64,000 nucleotides of DNA from Bacteriovoracia bacterium (GTDB lineage: Bacteria > Bdellovibrionota > UBA1018 > JBFWNL01): positions 96,001-160,000 of the forward strand of contig JBFWNL010000008.1 in assembly GCA_050251055.1 (NCBI GenBank), read 5' to 3'. The translations under genes and the position numbers were made by a program. Positions 1 to 14,595 of the stretch are shown piece by piece (within the stretch, counting starts at the first letter, position 1; each line of letters begins with the position of its first letter). The notes beneath the pieces are model-generated. The model was given only the letters and a program-made list of their open reading frames with translations, was not told where the DNA came from and made no database searches.

Positions 1-34
1 GCATGAACAAGTTCTCAAAAGGAAGCTAGATTCG

Positions 35-403
35 ATGTCGGATGAACAAATACTTCGCTATCTGTCGAAGGGCCTGTTTGCCGGCGGACGAATTGGAGAC
101 GAGTTTGGCTGTAAATTTGGATTAGGTCTAGCAACCTTCAATGAGTATACCTTCGAAATCTTGCGCGATGGCAATCCGATCGGAAGCTTCGGAACCGGCA
201 GTCGCAAGGTGAGTTTGGACTTTCCAACCAAGTCCATCTCCGAGCGAATTGCAGCGCAAAACCTGAAGACAACCGAAGTGTCGTCGAACTCGGTTTGCCA
301 GGCCAAACTAGATTCAGAGGTAGTGAATTTAGTCCAAATCGCCCTACTAAAAGCGGTCGCGGCGGCGAGCCAAAGCTCAGCCGCGCCTAAGAAACAAGAG
401 TAA
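35..403 (+). CDS. Hypothetical protein, probably the 3' part of a gene cut by the window edge
   Basis: The frame is open from position 2 (CAT GAA CAA ... TCG ATG) to TAA at 403. No recognisable motif. Converges on the tRNA-Val-associated element. Confidence 0.55.
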   Translation: MSDEQILRYLSKGLFAGGRIGDEFGCKFGLGLATFNEYTFEILRDGNPIGSFGTGSRKVSLDFPTKSISERIAAQNLKTTEVSSNSVCQAKLDSEVVNLVQIALLKAVAAASQSSAAPKKQE

Positions 404-445
404 CGTAATCAATTCCCGATTGAGACCGGCTGCTTTTCCGTTTCC

Positions 446-808
446 AGGGATTGGCTTCCGCTCTCAGCGCTAAACGCGCTTCGGCTGCAGCCCGGCCTCA
501 GGGCGGGCCCGCAAGCGGGCACCCCCGCCCTTCCGGCTTTCACCGCTCGGCCATCGTGGCCTCACTATCCCTATAGCAAGGTACGAAACGCTACGCGTTT
601 CGGCATTATAAACCCACCATTTCTCAGCCACCGCCCGAGAACTTCTCGTCCAACATTCTCTTATAAAAAGACACAAGCCTCAGAGGGGGCATCCGCGGGC
701 CACGAAGGCGCTGAGCGGTTGAGCCCATGGATGGGCGTCCCCATCTGAGGCTTGTGTCTTTTTATAAGAGAATGTTGGCTGGGAAATTGTGGTGCGGTGG
801 CTGAGAAA
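446..808 (-). mobile_element. tRNA-Val 3'-associated structured fold-back element (putatively non-autonomous)
   Basis: 613-634 is the exact reverse complement of 794-815; 567-577 is that of 817-827; 446-453 directly repeats 822-829; 454-540 aligns ungapped with 38193-38279. The repeats are seen directly; mobility is inference. Confidence 0.65.
650..778. repeat. Perfect 35-bp inverted repeat enclosing a 59-nt GC-rich spacer
   Basis: CCAACATTCTCTTATAAAAAGACACAAGCCTCAGA (650-684) and its exact reverse complement (744-778). Confidence 0.95.
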
Positions 809-883
809 TGGTGGGAGCTATAGGGATTGAACCTATGACCTTGACCGTGTAAAGATCCTGCTCTACCGCTGAGCTAAGCTCCC
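809..883 (-). tRNA. tRNA-Val(TAC)
   Basis: Minus strand GGGAGCTTAGCTCAGCGGTAGAGC...TT TAC AC...GGTTCAATCCCTATAGCTCCCACCA; cloverleaf with encoded CCA. Confidence 0.93.
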
Positions 884-902
884 ACCTACTGCGAACAAAC
901 TG

Positions 903-935
903 AAAAGGCGGCCCACCGGTGAAGCGAGCCGCCTT
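903..935 (-). terminator. Probable intrinsic terminator after rpoC
   Basis: Minus strand AAGGCGGC...GCCGCCTTTT hairpin about 25 nt after the rpoC stop; the U-tract is short. Confidence 0.55.
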
Positions 936-959
936 CGTATCTTTTGAGTACCGACGCTA

Positions 960-5102
<4,143 letters not shown>

Positions 5103-5154
5103 GGTCTTCTTTTCTCCGGTTCTTTAAAAACTAAGGCAAAGCGCGACATGCTCC

Positions 5155-8100
5155 TTAGAGCATGTCGGCTTTGATGTCCTTTTCGTTGTCGCCTTCGATC
5201 AATTCGACGTTCAGGGCCAAGCTTTGCAGCTCCTTCACCAAGACGTTGAACGACTCCGGCAATCCGGGCTCGAGCAGGTGCTCGCCCTTGACGATCGCTT
5301 CGTACATGCGGTTACGGCCCGTGACGTCGTCGGACTTCACGGTCAGGAATTCCTGCAATCCGTAAGCGGCACCGTAAGCTTCGAGCGCCCACACTTCCAT
5401 TTCCCCGAGTCGCTGACCGCCGAACTGGGCTTTGCCCCCGAGCGGCTGCTGCGTCACGAGGCTGTAAGGCCCGATGCTGCGCGCGTGGATCTTTTCTTCG
5501 ACCAAGTGGTGGAGCTTGAGGATGTACATCACGCCCACCGTGACTTCTTCGGCGAAGGTGTCGCCGGTCACGCCGTCAAACAACGTGGTCTTACCCAGGT
5601 TGGGCAAGCCCGCGAGCTCCAGCATGCGGCCGATCTCTTCCTCGTTCGCGCCGTCAAACACCGGCGTTGCGAAATGGATGCCGTCCTTGAGGTGCGAGCA
5701 CATCCGGCGCACTTCGGCGTCGGAGGCCTTCTCGAGGAACTTCTCCATGTCCGGATGCGAGTAGACGTCCTTGAGCAGCTTGCGCAGTTTCGGCATCTCT
5801 TCGCGCTCCACGTACTCGGTGATGCGATCGCCGATACCCTTGGCGGCCCAGCCGAGCGTGAGCTCGAGCAGCTGGCCGATGTTCATACGCGAAGGCACGC
5901 CCAGCGGGTTGAGCACCATATCCACCGGCCGACCGTCCGCCGTGTAAGGCATGTCTTCGGCGGGGAGAATACGGCTGATCACGCCCTTGTTACCGTGGCG
6001 TCCGGCCATCTTGTCGCCAACTTGCAGCTTGCGCTTGATCGCGATCTGCACCTTGACCATCTTGATGACGCCGGGGGCGAGCTCGTCGCCCTTCTTCAGC
6101 TTGTCGATCTTGTCCTTGAACATGTGCTTGACGCCTTCGATCTTCTCGCGCGCCATCTTCATGATCTGGGAGATTTCCTTTTCGACGTCGTCCTTCACCG
6201 GGATGAAGCCCAAGAGATCGAACGGGATCGCCTGGAGCATCTTGCGGTCGAGCTTCTCGCCTTTCTTGAGCAGCTCTTGCGAGCCGTCTTCGGAGAGGAG
6301 CTTACCGGTGGTCATTACACCGTCGAGGATCTTCGCGAGCTTATTGAAAGCCGAGAAGCGAATGGCGTCGGACTCGATCTTTTCGTCGCGGCGGATCTTG
6401 GCGATATGCTCTTCCAAGATCTGCTTCGTGCGCTCATCCTGCTCCGTGCCTTCGCGAGCGAAGACCTGGGCATTGATAACCGTACCGAACACGCCCGAAG
6501 GCACGCGGAGTGAGGTATCGCGAACATCGCCGGCTTTCTCGCCGAAGATCGCGCGCAACAGCTTCTCTTCGGGAGAGAGCTGGGTTTCGCCCTTCGGCGT
6601 CACCTTACCAACGAGCACGTCGCCGGGCTTCACTTCCGCGCCGATGCGGATGATGCCGCTTTCGTCGAGGTCTTTCAGCGCTTCTTCACCGACGTTCGGG
6701 ATGTCGCGCGAAATTTCTTCCTTACCGAGCTTCGTATCGCGGGCCACGCATTCGAACTCTTCGATGTGGATCGAGGTGAATACGTCGTCCTTGATCACGC
6801 GTTCGGAGATCAGGATCGAGTCTTCGAAGTTGTAACCGCCCCACGGCATGAACGCCACGAGCACGTTCTGGCCGAGCGCCAGTTCACCGGCGTCGATGGA
6901 CGGACCGTCCGCCAAGACGTCGCCTTGCTTCACCTTATCGCCGACCTTCACGACCGGACGCTGGTTCAAGCAGGTGTTCTGGTTGGAACGCTGGTACTTC
7001 GTCAGGTTGTAGATATCGACATCGGACCCGATCTCGTCGCCGCGGAAATTCGTGCGGCGGACAACGATCTTGAACCCGTCGACCATGATGACTTCGCCGT
7101 CGTGCTTGGCGATCGCGACGTGACCGGAGTCACGCGCCACGATGCGCTCCACGCCCGTGCCCACGAACGGGGCATGGCTGCGGAGAAGCGGCACGGCCTG
7201 TCTTTGCATGTTGGAACCCATGAGCGCGCGGTTAGCGTCGTCATGCTCCAGGAACGGGATCAGGGAGGCGGCGATGGATACGAGCTGGTTCGGCGACACG
7301 TCCATGAGTTCCACGTCGTCGGCGTTCACCAACGAGTAGTCCCCTTTGCGGCGCACGGAGATCAGATCGTCCGTCGGGAGCTTTCCGGTCTTCAACGCCT
7401 TCGGCAGGACTTGGGCGATGATCTTGTTCTCTTCTTCGGTTGCCGTGAAGTACTTGATATCGTCGGCGAGTTTCTTCGCTTCGATCGTACGATACGGGGT
7501 CTCGATGAAACCGAACTCGTTCACGCGGGCGTAAGCCGACAGCGACGCGATCAGACCGATGTTCGGTCCTTCGGGCGTTTCAATCGGGCACAGACGGCCG
7601 TAGTGGGTGTTGTGAACGTCGCGGACTTCGAAGCCGGCGCGCTCGCGGGTCAAACCACCGGGCCCGAGGGCCGAGAGGCGACGCTTGTGCGTGACTTCGG
7701 ACAACGGGTTCGTCTGGTCCATGAACTGCGAGAGCTGGCTGGAGCCGAAGAATTCCTTCACGACGGCGGCCACCGGCTTCTGGTTGATCAAATCGTGCGG
7801 CATGAGCGTTTCCACTTCCTGGATGCTCATGCGTTCCTTGATCGCGCGTTCCATACGCACAAGACCGATACGGTACTGGTTTTCCACCAACTCGCCCACC
7901 GCGCGGACGCGGCGGTTGCCCAAGTGGTCGATGTCGTCGATCGTGCCGCGGCCGTTGTTGAGCTCGCAGAGATAGAACAACGTCGACATGATGTCGGCCT
8001 TGGTCAAAGTCGTGGTTTCCTCGGTGATCTTGTTTTCCGGGAACTTGTAATTGAGCTTCAAGCGGCCGACGCGCGAGAGGTCGTAGCGGTCGGGATTGAA

Positions 8101-9309
8101 GAACAGGTTCTCGAACAGGAGCTTGGAGGCTTCGATGGTCGGCGGATCGCCCGGGCGGAGGCGCTTGTAGATTTCGATCAGCGCTTCGTCGGGGTTGCCC
8201 ACCTTATCGTTCACCAAGGTGTCGCGCACGAACGAGCCGTGCGTGAGGTTGTCGGTGAAGATGAGCTTCAGCTCGGTGATACCCTTGCTGATGATCGTGT
8301 TCAGGCGATCTTCCGAGATCTCGTCGCTGGCCTCGGCTAGGACTTCCCCGGTGCTCTCGTCGACGATATCCTCGGCGGCGATGCGGCCGACCACGGACTC
8401 GTGCGGAACTTCCATCTTCTTGATGCCGGCGTCTTCGATCTTCTTGATGACCGCGCGGGTGAACTTGCGGTTCTTCTTGACGATCAACTCGCCCGACTTC
8501 GGATCGACGATATCTTCCTCGGCGCGCTGGCCGGAGAGGATCTCGAGGTCGACTAACTTGAAGTAGCGGTTCTTCTTCGGGCCGCCCTTCGTGTCCACCT
8601 GGATGGTTTCCACGTCGTAGAAGTAATCGAGGATCTCACTGGGAGCCATGCCCATCGCGCGCAGGATGATCGTGGCCGGAAGCTTGCGCTTGCGGTCGAT
8701 ACGGGCGTGCACGATGTCCTTATGATCGAATTCGAAATCGAGCCAAGAACCGCGATGCGGGATGACGCGAGCCGAATAAAGGATCTTGCCGCTGGAGTGG
8801 GTCTTCCCCTGATCGTGGGTGAAAATAACCCCAGGCGAGCGGTGCAACTGGCTGACGATCACGCGCTCCGTGCCATTAATAATGAAGGAAGCGCTTTCGG
8901 TCATGAGCGGAATTTCGCCCATGTAGACTTCCTGCTCTTTAATGTCGCGAATGTTGCGCGTGCCGGCTTCCTCATCCACATCGTACACCACGAGACGGAC
9001 CGTGATCTTCAGCGGAGCGGCGAAAGTCATTCCGCGCTGGCGGCACTCCAAGACGTCGTACTTGGGTTCTTCCAGCGTGTAGCTTTCGAATTCGAGCGAA
9101 GCCGTGCGGTCAAAGTCCTCGATCGGGAAAACGGACTTGAAGACACCCTGCAATCCAGTGTCGGTCCGTTTGTCCGGCGAAGTCTTCGCCTGCAAAAAGC
9201 GGTCGTACGAACTCTTCTGCAGCTCGATCAGGTTCGGGATCGCGAGCGGAGACGCGATATCCGAAAAATCTCTGCGAATTCTGCGGTTTTCCGAAATGAC
9301 GGAAGCCAT
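5155..9309 (-). CDS. rpoB: RNA polymerase beta subunit
   Basis: [33 protein letters not shown] and [18 protein letters not shown] motifs. Confidence 0.99.
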   Translation of the reverse strand: MASVISENRRIRRDFSDIASPLAIPNLIELQKSSYDRFLQAKTSPDKRTDTGLQGVFKSVFPIEDFDRTASLEFESYTLEEPKYDVLECRQRGMTFAAPLKITVRLVVYDVDEEAGTRNIRDIKEQEVYMGEIPLMTESASFIINGTERVIVSQLHRSPGVIFTHDQGKTHSSGKILYSARVIPHRGSWLDFEFDHKDIVHARIDRKRKLPATIILRAMGMAPSEILDYFYDVETIQVDTKGGPKKNRYFKLVDLEILSGQRAEEDIVDPKSGELIVKKNRKFTRAVIKKIEDAGIKKMEVPHESVVGRIAAEDIVDESTGEVLAEASDEISEDRLNTIISKGITELKLIFTDNLTHGSFVRDTLVNDKVGNPDEALIEIYKRLRPGDPPTIEASKLLFENLFFNPDRYDLSRVGRLKLNYKFPENKITEETTTLTKADIMSTLFYLCELNNGRGTIDDIDHLGNRRVRAVGELVENQYRIGLVRMERAIKERMSIQEVETLMPHDLINQKPVAAVVKEFFGSSQLSQFMDQTNPLSEVTHKRRLSALGPGGLTRERAGFEVRDVHNTHYGRLCPIETPEGPNIGLIASLSAYARVNEFGFIETPYRTIEAKKLADDIKYFTATEEENKIIAQVLPKALKTGKLPTDDLISVRRKGDYSLVNADDVELMDVSPNQLVSIAASLIPFLEHDDANRALMGSNMQRQAVPLLRSHAPFVGTGVERIVARDSGHVAIAKHDGEVIMVDGFKIVVRRTNFRGDEIGSDVDIYNLTKYQRSNQNTCLNQRPVVKVGDKVKQGDVLADGPSIDAGELALGQNVLVAFMPWGGYNFEDSILISERVIKDDVFTSIHIEEFECVARDTKLGKEEISRDIPNVGEEALKDLDESGIIRIGAEVKPGDVLVGKVTPKGETQLSPEEKLLRAIFGEKAGDVRDTSLRVPSGVFGTVINAQVFAREGTEQDERTKQILEEHIAKIRRDEKIESDAIRFSAFNKLAKILDGVMTTGKLLSEDGSQELLKKGEKLDRKMLQAIPFDLLGFIPVKDDVEKEISQIMKMAREKIEGVKHMFKDKIDKLKKGDELAPGVIKMVKVQIAIKRKLQVGDKMAGRHGNKGVISRILPAEDMPYTADGRPVDMVLNPLGVPSRMNIGQLLELTLGWAAKGIGDRITEYVEREEMPKLRKLLKDVYSHPDMEKFLEKASDAEVRRMCSHLKDGIHFATPVFDGANEEEIGRMLELAGLPNLGKTTLFDGVTGDTFAEEVTVGVMYILKLHHLVEEKIHARSIGPYSLVTQQPLGGKAQFGGQRLGEMEVWALEAYGAAYGLQEFLTVKSDDVTGRNRMYEAIVKGEHLLEPGLPESFNVLVKELQSLALNVELIEGDNEKDIKADML

Positions 9310-9453
9310 GCCTACTCCTCAGGTTTTAGGAAGCATAAATAGGAGAAACCCGCCTCGGCCAAAGGCCGAACCAGGTTAAATCCTATAAAGGTACACGTGC
9401 GCCCAGGGCGCAATTTTGATTAGCGATGGATCGAAGGCAAAGAGAAGGTCGAA

Positions 9454-9837
9454 TCACTTAAGTTCGACCTTGGCTCCTGCGGCTTCGAGCGTCTTCTTCA
9501 TCGTTTCAGCGTCGGCCTTGGCCACGCCTTCCTTCACGACTTTCGGAGCGCCTTCCACGAGGTCCTTGGCTTCCTTCAAGCCCAGGCCAGTGATGGTGCG
9601 GATTTCCTTGATGACGTTAATCTTGTTAGCGCCACCGTCGGTCAGCATGACCGTGAATTCCGTCTTCGCTTCCGCAGCCGGAGCGGCTCCGCCAGCAGCG
9701 GCGCCCGCGACGGCGACCGGAGCGGCAGCGGACACGCCGAACTTGGATTCCAAGTCCTTCACGAGCTGCGAGAGTTCGAGAACCGACATGTTCTCGATAA
9801 AGGAAACGACGTCTTCCTTAGAAATTGCAGTTGCCAT
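9454..9837 (-). CDS. rplL: 50S ribosomal protein L7/L12
   Basis: FGVSAAAP hinge, [20 protein letters not shown]. Confidence 0.99.
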   Translation of the reverse strand: MATAISKEDVVSFIENMSVLELSQLVKDLESKFGVSAAAPVAVAGAAAGGAAPAAEAKTEFTVMLTDGGANKINVIKEIRTITGLGLKEAKDLVEGAPKVVKEGVAKADAETMKKTLEAAGAKVELK

Positions 9838-9959
9838 GAGTCAAACCTCTTCTTAGATGCACAGCCTTCGTAGCTTTGGCGACGTCAAAGAATAATCAGT
9901 CACCGATTGTTCATCCCCGGTCGTCCTAACCGAAGATCATTAGATCAAAACCTAAACCT

Positions 9960-10490
9960 TTAACCCTGCTTCTTCTTCTCGAGCGCCACAAGGACGTTGA
10001 GCAAGCTACGCGGTACGGCGGCGAGCACGCACGCGAAGTTGGTGATCGGGGCATTCATCGTGCCCAGCATCTTGGCCAAAAGAACTTCACGGGACGGAAG
10101 GTTGGCGAGCTCTTGCACCTGGGCGACCGGAACGCGCTTACGCTCCATCCAGCTGTCTTTCAGGTTGAAAGCTTCGTTGTCCTTCGCGAAATCATTGATG
10201 ACCTTCGCCGCCGCGGCCGGATCACCGAAAGCGAACGCGACCAGGGTCGGGCCCACCATCGAATCGAGCAGGGCGACGGTTTCCGCACCGAGCGCGTCGC
10301 CTTTAACGGCTTGGCGTGCGATGTTGTTCTTCAGCACCTGGACCTTGGCGTTCTTCTCGCGCAGCTTCTTGCGCAGATCGTCCGCCTGGGTAGCCTTCAA
10401 GCCTTTGTAATCGGCGAAGATGGCGACCTTGGATTTTTCCAGGTTGGTCTTAAAATTTTTGGCCCATTCGGCTTTTTCAGTAGAATTCAT
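9960..10490 (-). CDS. rplJ: 50S ribosomal protein L10
   Basis: DYKGL, VLKN and LPSREVLLAKM motifs; lies between rplA and rplL. Confidence 0.97.
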   Translation of the reverse strand: MNSTEKAEWAKNFKTNLEKSKVAIFADYKGLKATQADDLRKKLREKNAKVQVLKNNIARQAVKGDALGAETVALLDSMVGPTLVAFAFGDPAAAAKVINDFAKDNEAFNLKDSWMERKRVPVAQVQELANLPSREVLLAKMLGTMNAPITNFACVLAAVPRSLLNVLVALEKKKQG

Positions 10491-10501
10491 CTTTTAATCC
10501 C

Positions 10502-11236
10502 TCACGCCACCGTGAATGCGCCATCGGTGGTATCCACCTGAACGCCGGGGCTCATGGTGGTGCTCAAAGTGATCCGTTGCAGGTAAACGCCTTTGCTCGT
10601 CGGCGGCTTCGCGCGCACGATGACTTGCGCCAGGGCGCCGAAGTTGTCGCGCAGCTTGCTCGCGCCGAAGGACTTCTTGCCGATCGCCACGTGAATCAGG
10701 CCGGTCTTGTCCGTGCGGTATTCCACTTTACCTTTTTTCTGGTCTTCCACGGCGCGCGTGACGTCCATGGTGACGGTGCCGAGCTTCGGGTTCGGCATGA
10801 GGCCCTTGGGACCCAGGATCTTACCGACTTTGGAGACGGCCACCATTTGGTCCGGCGTCGCGATCAACTTGTCGAACTCGAGCCAGCCGCCCAAGATTTT
10901 TTCGATGAGGTCATCGCCGCCCACGACGTCGGCGCCAGCCTTCTCGGCTTCCTTGGCCTTGTCGCCCTTGGCGATCACGGCCACGCGGGCCGACTTACCC
11001 ACGCCGTGCGGGAGCACGACCGCGCCGCGGATCATTTGTTCCGCGTGCTTGGGGTCAACGCCCAGCTTGAAGCAAACTTCGACGGTTTCGTCGAATTTCG
11101 CATAAGCTACTTTTTCCAGTAATCCGAAGGCCTGCTCAACGCCGTAGCGCTTGCCGACTTCGAGGAGAGCAGCGGCGTTCGAATACTTCTTGCCGCGGCC
11201 AGGGATGCTTCCCTTTTTCTTTTCTGCATTTGCCAT
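10502..11236 (-). CDS. rplA: 50S ribosomal protein L1
   Basis: [28 protein letters not shown]. Confidence 0.99.
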   Translation of the reverse strand: MANAEKKKGSIPGRGKKYSNAAALLEVGKRYGVEQAFGLLEKVAYAKFDETVEVCFKLGVDPKHAEQMIRGAVVLPHGVGKSARVAVIAKGDKAKEAEKAGADVVGGDDLIEKILGGWLEFDKLIATPDQMVAVSKVGKILGPKGLMPNPKLGTVTMDVTRAVEDQKKGKVEYRTDKTGLIHVAIGKKSFGASKLRDNFGALAQVIVRAKPPTSKGVYLQRITLSTTMSPGVQVDTTDGAFTVA

Positions 11237-11247
11237 TCAACACCTCT

Positions 11248-11298
11248 GTGGTTCATGCGTCAGTCGGTCACGCGTTTCGGCGGCCGCCCAACTCCCAC
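11248..11298 (-). promoter_or_regulatory. Candidate L1-binding autoregulatory RNA site
   Basis: Minus strand GTGG-GAG...GAA-CCAC stem with purine-rich internal loop just before the rplA RBS, resembling known L1 operator sites. Confidence 0.45.
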
Positions 11299-11313
11299 GG
11301 TTTAGTTAAACTT

Positions 11314-11739
11314 TTAAAGCTCCGACTCGATGCCCGCGCTGCGAGCACTGCCCGCGATCGTGCGCATCGCCGCTTCGATCGAGCCCGCGTTCAAATCGGG
11401 CATCTTGACCTTAGCGATGTCTTCCAGCTGCTTTTTCGTAACTTTTCCGACCTTCTTCTTGTTCGGTTCGCCGCTACCCTTTTCAATTTTGAGCGCTTTG
11501 AACAGAAGCACCGCCGCCGGCGGCGTCTTCGTGTAGAACGTGAAGGAACGATCCGAATAAACGGTGATGATCACCGGGATCACGGTCCCCTTATGTTCCT
11601 GCGTCTTGGCGTTGAACGCCTTGCAGAACTCCATAATATTGATCCCGCGCTGACCGAGCGCCGGACCGACTGGAGGCGCGGGGTTAGCCATACCGCCAGG
11701 GATCTGTAATTTTACTTGACCAACTACTTTCTTAGCCAT
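11314..11739 (-). CDS. rplK: 50S ribosomal protein L11
   Basis: [26 protein letters not shown]. Confidence 0.99.
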   Translation of the reverse strand: MAKKVVGQVKLQIPGGMANPAPPVGPALGQRGINIMEFCKAFNAKTQEHKGTVIPVIITVYSDRSFTFYTKTPPAAVLLFKALKIEKGSGEPNKKKVGKVTKKQLEDIAKVKMPDLNAGSIEAAMRTIAGSARSAGIESEL

Positions 11740-11764
11740 GAACCGCCCTTAGTAGCACAACGGA

Positions 11765-12466
11765 TTAAACTTTTTCAACCTGAATAAAATCAAGCTCGAT
11801 CGGGGTTGAGCGCCCGAAAATGCTGACCACCACTTTGACTTTGCCCTTATCTAGATTGACCTCTTCGATAATGCCACTGAAATTTGAGAACGGGCCGTCG
11901 ACCACGCGCACGCTCTCGCCTTCCTGAAAGGAGATCCGAGGGCGGGGTTTGACCTGCCCTTCGGCAATCCGGTTGGTCATTTTCTGAACTTCCGACTCAG
12001 GTACTGGCACGGGCTTTACCTTGTCGCCCACGAAACCCGTAATACGGGGGGTTTCCTTCACGACGTGCCAGGTTTCGTTGTTCAGGATCATCTTCACCAG
12101 GATGTAGCCTGGGAAGAAGCGACGTTTAGTCGTCTTCTTCTGGCCCTTGACCAGCTCGATGACGTTTTCTTCCGGAACGATCACTTCTTCGAAAAACTGC
12201 TGAACTTTCAGGGATTTGATCCGGTCCTCGAGGGCCAGTTTCGCCTTATTCTCAAAACCAGAATAGGTGTGGACCACATACCAGCACATCTGGGAATCGG
12301 CCGCGGGGGTAGCGAGGTTTTCGCTGATCCGTGCCGCGCGGGTGGCGGCGGGTTTTTCGACCGCCAGCGATCCCATCGCATCTTCGCGAGAAGGTTCGGG
12401 GGTGGCCCCGGTTTCCTGATTTTCCTCGGAAGCTACGGGGTTTTCGCCTTCTTGATTCTCTACCAC
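11765..12466 (-). CDS. nusG: Transcription factor NusG with an acidic N-terminal extension
   Basis: WYVVHTYSG, FFPGYILV, KOW domain (DGPF...IFGRSTPIEL); GTG start with AAGGAG RBS. Confidence 0.97.
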   Translation of the reverse strand: MVENQEGENPVASEENQETGATPEPSREDAMGSLAVEKPAATRAARISENLATPAADSQMCWYVVHTYSGFENKAKLALEDRIKSLKVQQFFEEVIVPEENVIELVKGQKKTTKRRFFPGYILVKMILNNETWHVVKETPRITGFVGDKVKPVPVPESEVQKMTNRIAEGQVKPRPRISFQEGESVRVVDGPFSNFSGIIEEVNLDKGKVKVVVSIFGRSTPIELDFIQVEKV

Positions 12467-12475
12467 AACTACTCC

Positions 12476-12871
12476 TTATCCAATCCAGTTCTTGAGCTGG
12501 AACGAGCTCTTCACGATCCACGTCCAGAGGCTGTCCAATCCGCCTAAGATAACGCCCGAGATGATGACCATTATAATGACCACAACGGTCGCGCGGGAAG
12601 TATCGTTACTCGTAGGCCAGGTCACGCGGCTCAGCTCCTCCACCACTTCGTTCATGAACTGGTTAGCTTTATCGTTCGCGTACAAGATGAAAAAACAGAG
12701 GGCAGTGACCCCGACCCCCACTCCACGCAAGATGAGGTCGATGTTCTGCATCCGCGCTTCGAGGTCGTAGGTGCCGGCCACCATGGTGGCGAGCTGGAAC
12801 ACGACGTAGCCCAGCAGCGCCGCCGCCGTGAGGAAACTACCGTTGACCCATCGTTGCCTTTGATTTTCCAT
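12476..12871 (-). CDS. secE: Preprotein translocase SecE (three-TM form)
   Basis: ELSRVTWP motif before the last TM helix; lies between tRNA-Trp and nusG. Confidence 0.93.
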   Translation of the reverse strand: MENQRQRWVNGSFLTAAALLGYVVFQLATMVAGTYDLEARMQNIDLILRGVGVGVTALCFFILYANDKANQFMNEVVEELSRVTWPTSNDTSRATVVVIIMVIISGVILGGLDSLWTWIVKSSFQLKNWIG

Positions 12872-12884
12872 AAATCCTCTTTAG

Positions 12885-12961
12885 TGGCAGGCCAGGAGGG
12901 ATTCGAACCCACAACCTACGGATTTGGAATCCGCCGCTCTAGCCATTCGAGCTACTGGCCT
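12885..12961 (-). tRNA. tRNA-Trp(CCA)
   Basis: AGGCCAGTAGCTC...GCGGA TT CCA AA TCCGT...GGTTCGAATCC...CTGGCCTGCCA. Confidence 0.95.
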
Positions 12962-12969
12962 ACTCGCTA

Positions 12970-13119
12970 CTACTTACCTTCACGATGCATCGTGTGCTTA
13001 CGGCAGAATTTGCAGAACTTCTTGAACTGCAGCTTATCGGTCGTCTTCTGCTTGTTCTTCGTCGTCTGATAATTCTTCTGCTTACACTCGGTGCAATCTA
13101 AACCTACTCCGACTCGCAT
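12970..13119 (-). CDS. rpmG: 50S ribosomal protein L33, Zn-binding form (absent from the ORF track)
   Basis: Manual translation [49 protein letters not shown] (49 aa), two CxxC motifs. Confidence 0.95.
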   Translation of the reverse strand: MRVGVGLDCTECKQKNYQTTKNKQKTTDKLQFKKFCKFCRKHTMHREGK

Positions 13120-13230
13120 ACTTCACTTCCTTCTAATGTACTTTCAGGTGCTCGCTAAAATCGACATCCTGTCGTTTTTGGGTCCACTGGACCCACGCTG
13201 CACTCCAGAAAAATTTGCTCCTGCAAATTT

Positions 13231-14421
13231 TTACTCGATGATCTCGGACACGACGCCGGCGCCGACGGTCTTGCCGCCTTCGCGAATGGCGAAGCGCAGT
13301 TCCTTCTCCATCGCCACTGGCGTAATGAGATCCACCGTGATCGCGATGTTATCGCCCGGCATCACCATCTCCACGTTCGGCGGCAACTCCACGATGCCCG
13401 TCACGTCCGTCGTGCGGAAGAAGAACTGAGGACGGTAACCCTTGAAGAATGGAGTGTGGCGTCCGCCTTCTTCCTTCTTCAAGATATAAACCGAGCCCTT
13501 GAACTTCTTGTGCGGCTTCACCGATCCCGGCTTCGCCAACACTTGTCCGCGCTCGACTTCTTCCTTCTTCGTGCCGCGGAGCAAAGCGCCCAGGTTGTCC
13601 CCGGCTTCGCCGTAATCAAGCAACTTGCGGAACATTTCGATGCCCGTCACCGTCGTCTTCGTCGTCGGACGCAGACCGATGATTTCCACTTCCTCGCCCA
13701 CCTTAATCGTTCCGCGTTCCACGCGGCCCGTGACCACCGTACCGCGGCCCGAGATGGAGAACACGTCTTCCACCGGCATCAAAAACGGCTTGTCCTTATC
13801 GCGCTGAGGCTGGGGAACGTAAGCGTCCACCGATTCCATCAGCTGCACGATCGCCTTTTCGCCCAGGTCGCCCTGGTCGCCAGCCAGACCCTTCGTCGCC
13901 GAACCCTTGATGATCGGGATCTTGTCGCCCGGGAATTCGTACTTCGAGAGAAGCTCGCGAACTTCCATCTCCACCAGGTCCAAAAGCTCCTTGTCGTCGA
14001 CCATGTCGCACTTGTTGAGGAATACAACAATGGCCGGAACACCGACCTGGCGGGCGAGCAGGATGTGCTCGCGCGTCTGCGGCATCGGACCGTCAGCGGC
14101 CGAAACCACCAAGATCGCGCCGTCCATTTGGGCGGCGCCCGTGATCATGTTCTTCACGTAGTCGGCGTGCCCAGGGCAGTCGACGTGCGCGTAGTGGCGC
14201 TTGTCCGTTTCGTATTCCACGTGCGAGGTGTTGATCGTGATCCCGCGCTCTTTTTCTTCCGGCGCGTTGTCGATCTGGTCGTACGCACGTGCCTGCGCGT
14301 AACCCTTCTTCGCCAGCACCGTCGTGATCGCCGCCGTCAACGTCGTCTTGCCGTGGTCGACGTGACCGATCGTCCCGATGTTGCAGTGGGGTTTCTTTCT
14401 ATCAAATTTCTCTTTTGCCAT
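13231..14421 (-). CDS. tuf: Elongation factor Tu
   Basis: [13 protein letters not shown] and NKCD GTPase motifs; 396 aa. Confidence 0.99.
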   Translation of the reverse strand: MAKEKFDRKKPHCNIGTIGHVDHGKTTLTAAITTVLAKKGYAQARAYDQIDNAPEEKERGITINTSHVEYETDKRHYAHVDCPGHADYVKNMITGAAQMDGAILVVSAADGPMPQTREHILLARQVGVPAIVVFLNKCDMVDDKELLDLVEMEVRELLSKYEFPGDKIPIIKGSATKGLAGDQGDLGEKAIVQLMESVDAYVPQPQRDKDKPFLMPVEDVFSISGRGTVVTGRVERGTIKVGEEVEIIGLRPTTKTTVTGIEMFRKLLDYGEAGDNLGALLRGTKKEEVERGQVLAKPGSVKPHKKFKGSVYILKKEEGGRHTPFFKGYRPQFFFRTTDVTGIVELPPNVEMVMPGDNIAITVDLITPVAMEKELRFAIREGGKTVGAGVVSEIIE

Positions 14422-14488
14422 TCTTCGTTCTCCTAAAAAACTTTACTGGGTGAGACGCCCGGAACATCCGAACGCCTCACCGAAATCA

Positions 14489-14564
14489 TGGAGCTCCCGA
14501 CGGGACTTGAACCCGTGACCTCACCCTTACCAAGGGTGTGCTCTACCAACTGAGCTACAGGAGC
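14489..14564 (-). tRNA. tRNA-Thr(GGT)
   Basis: GCTCCTGTAGCTCAG...CACCC TT GGT AA GGGTG...GGGAGCTCCA. Confidence 0.95.
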
Positions 14565-14595
14565 ACCTAGTTCAACACCTTTTCAGACGTTGAAC

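Noticed and set aside
653-672. Resemblance of the 35-bp arm (TCTCTTATA) to the Tn5/Nextera mosaic end
   Set aside because: Only a 9-nt core matches contiguously and the arm is much longer, so neither adapter contamination nor an IS50 end is supported.
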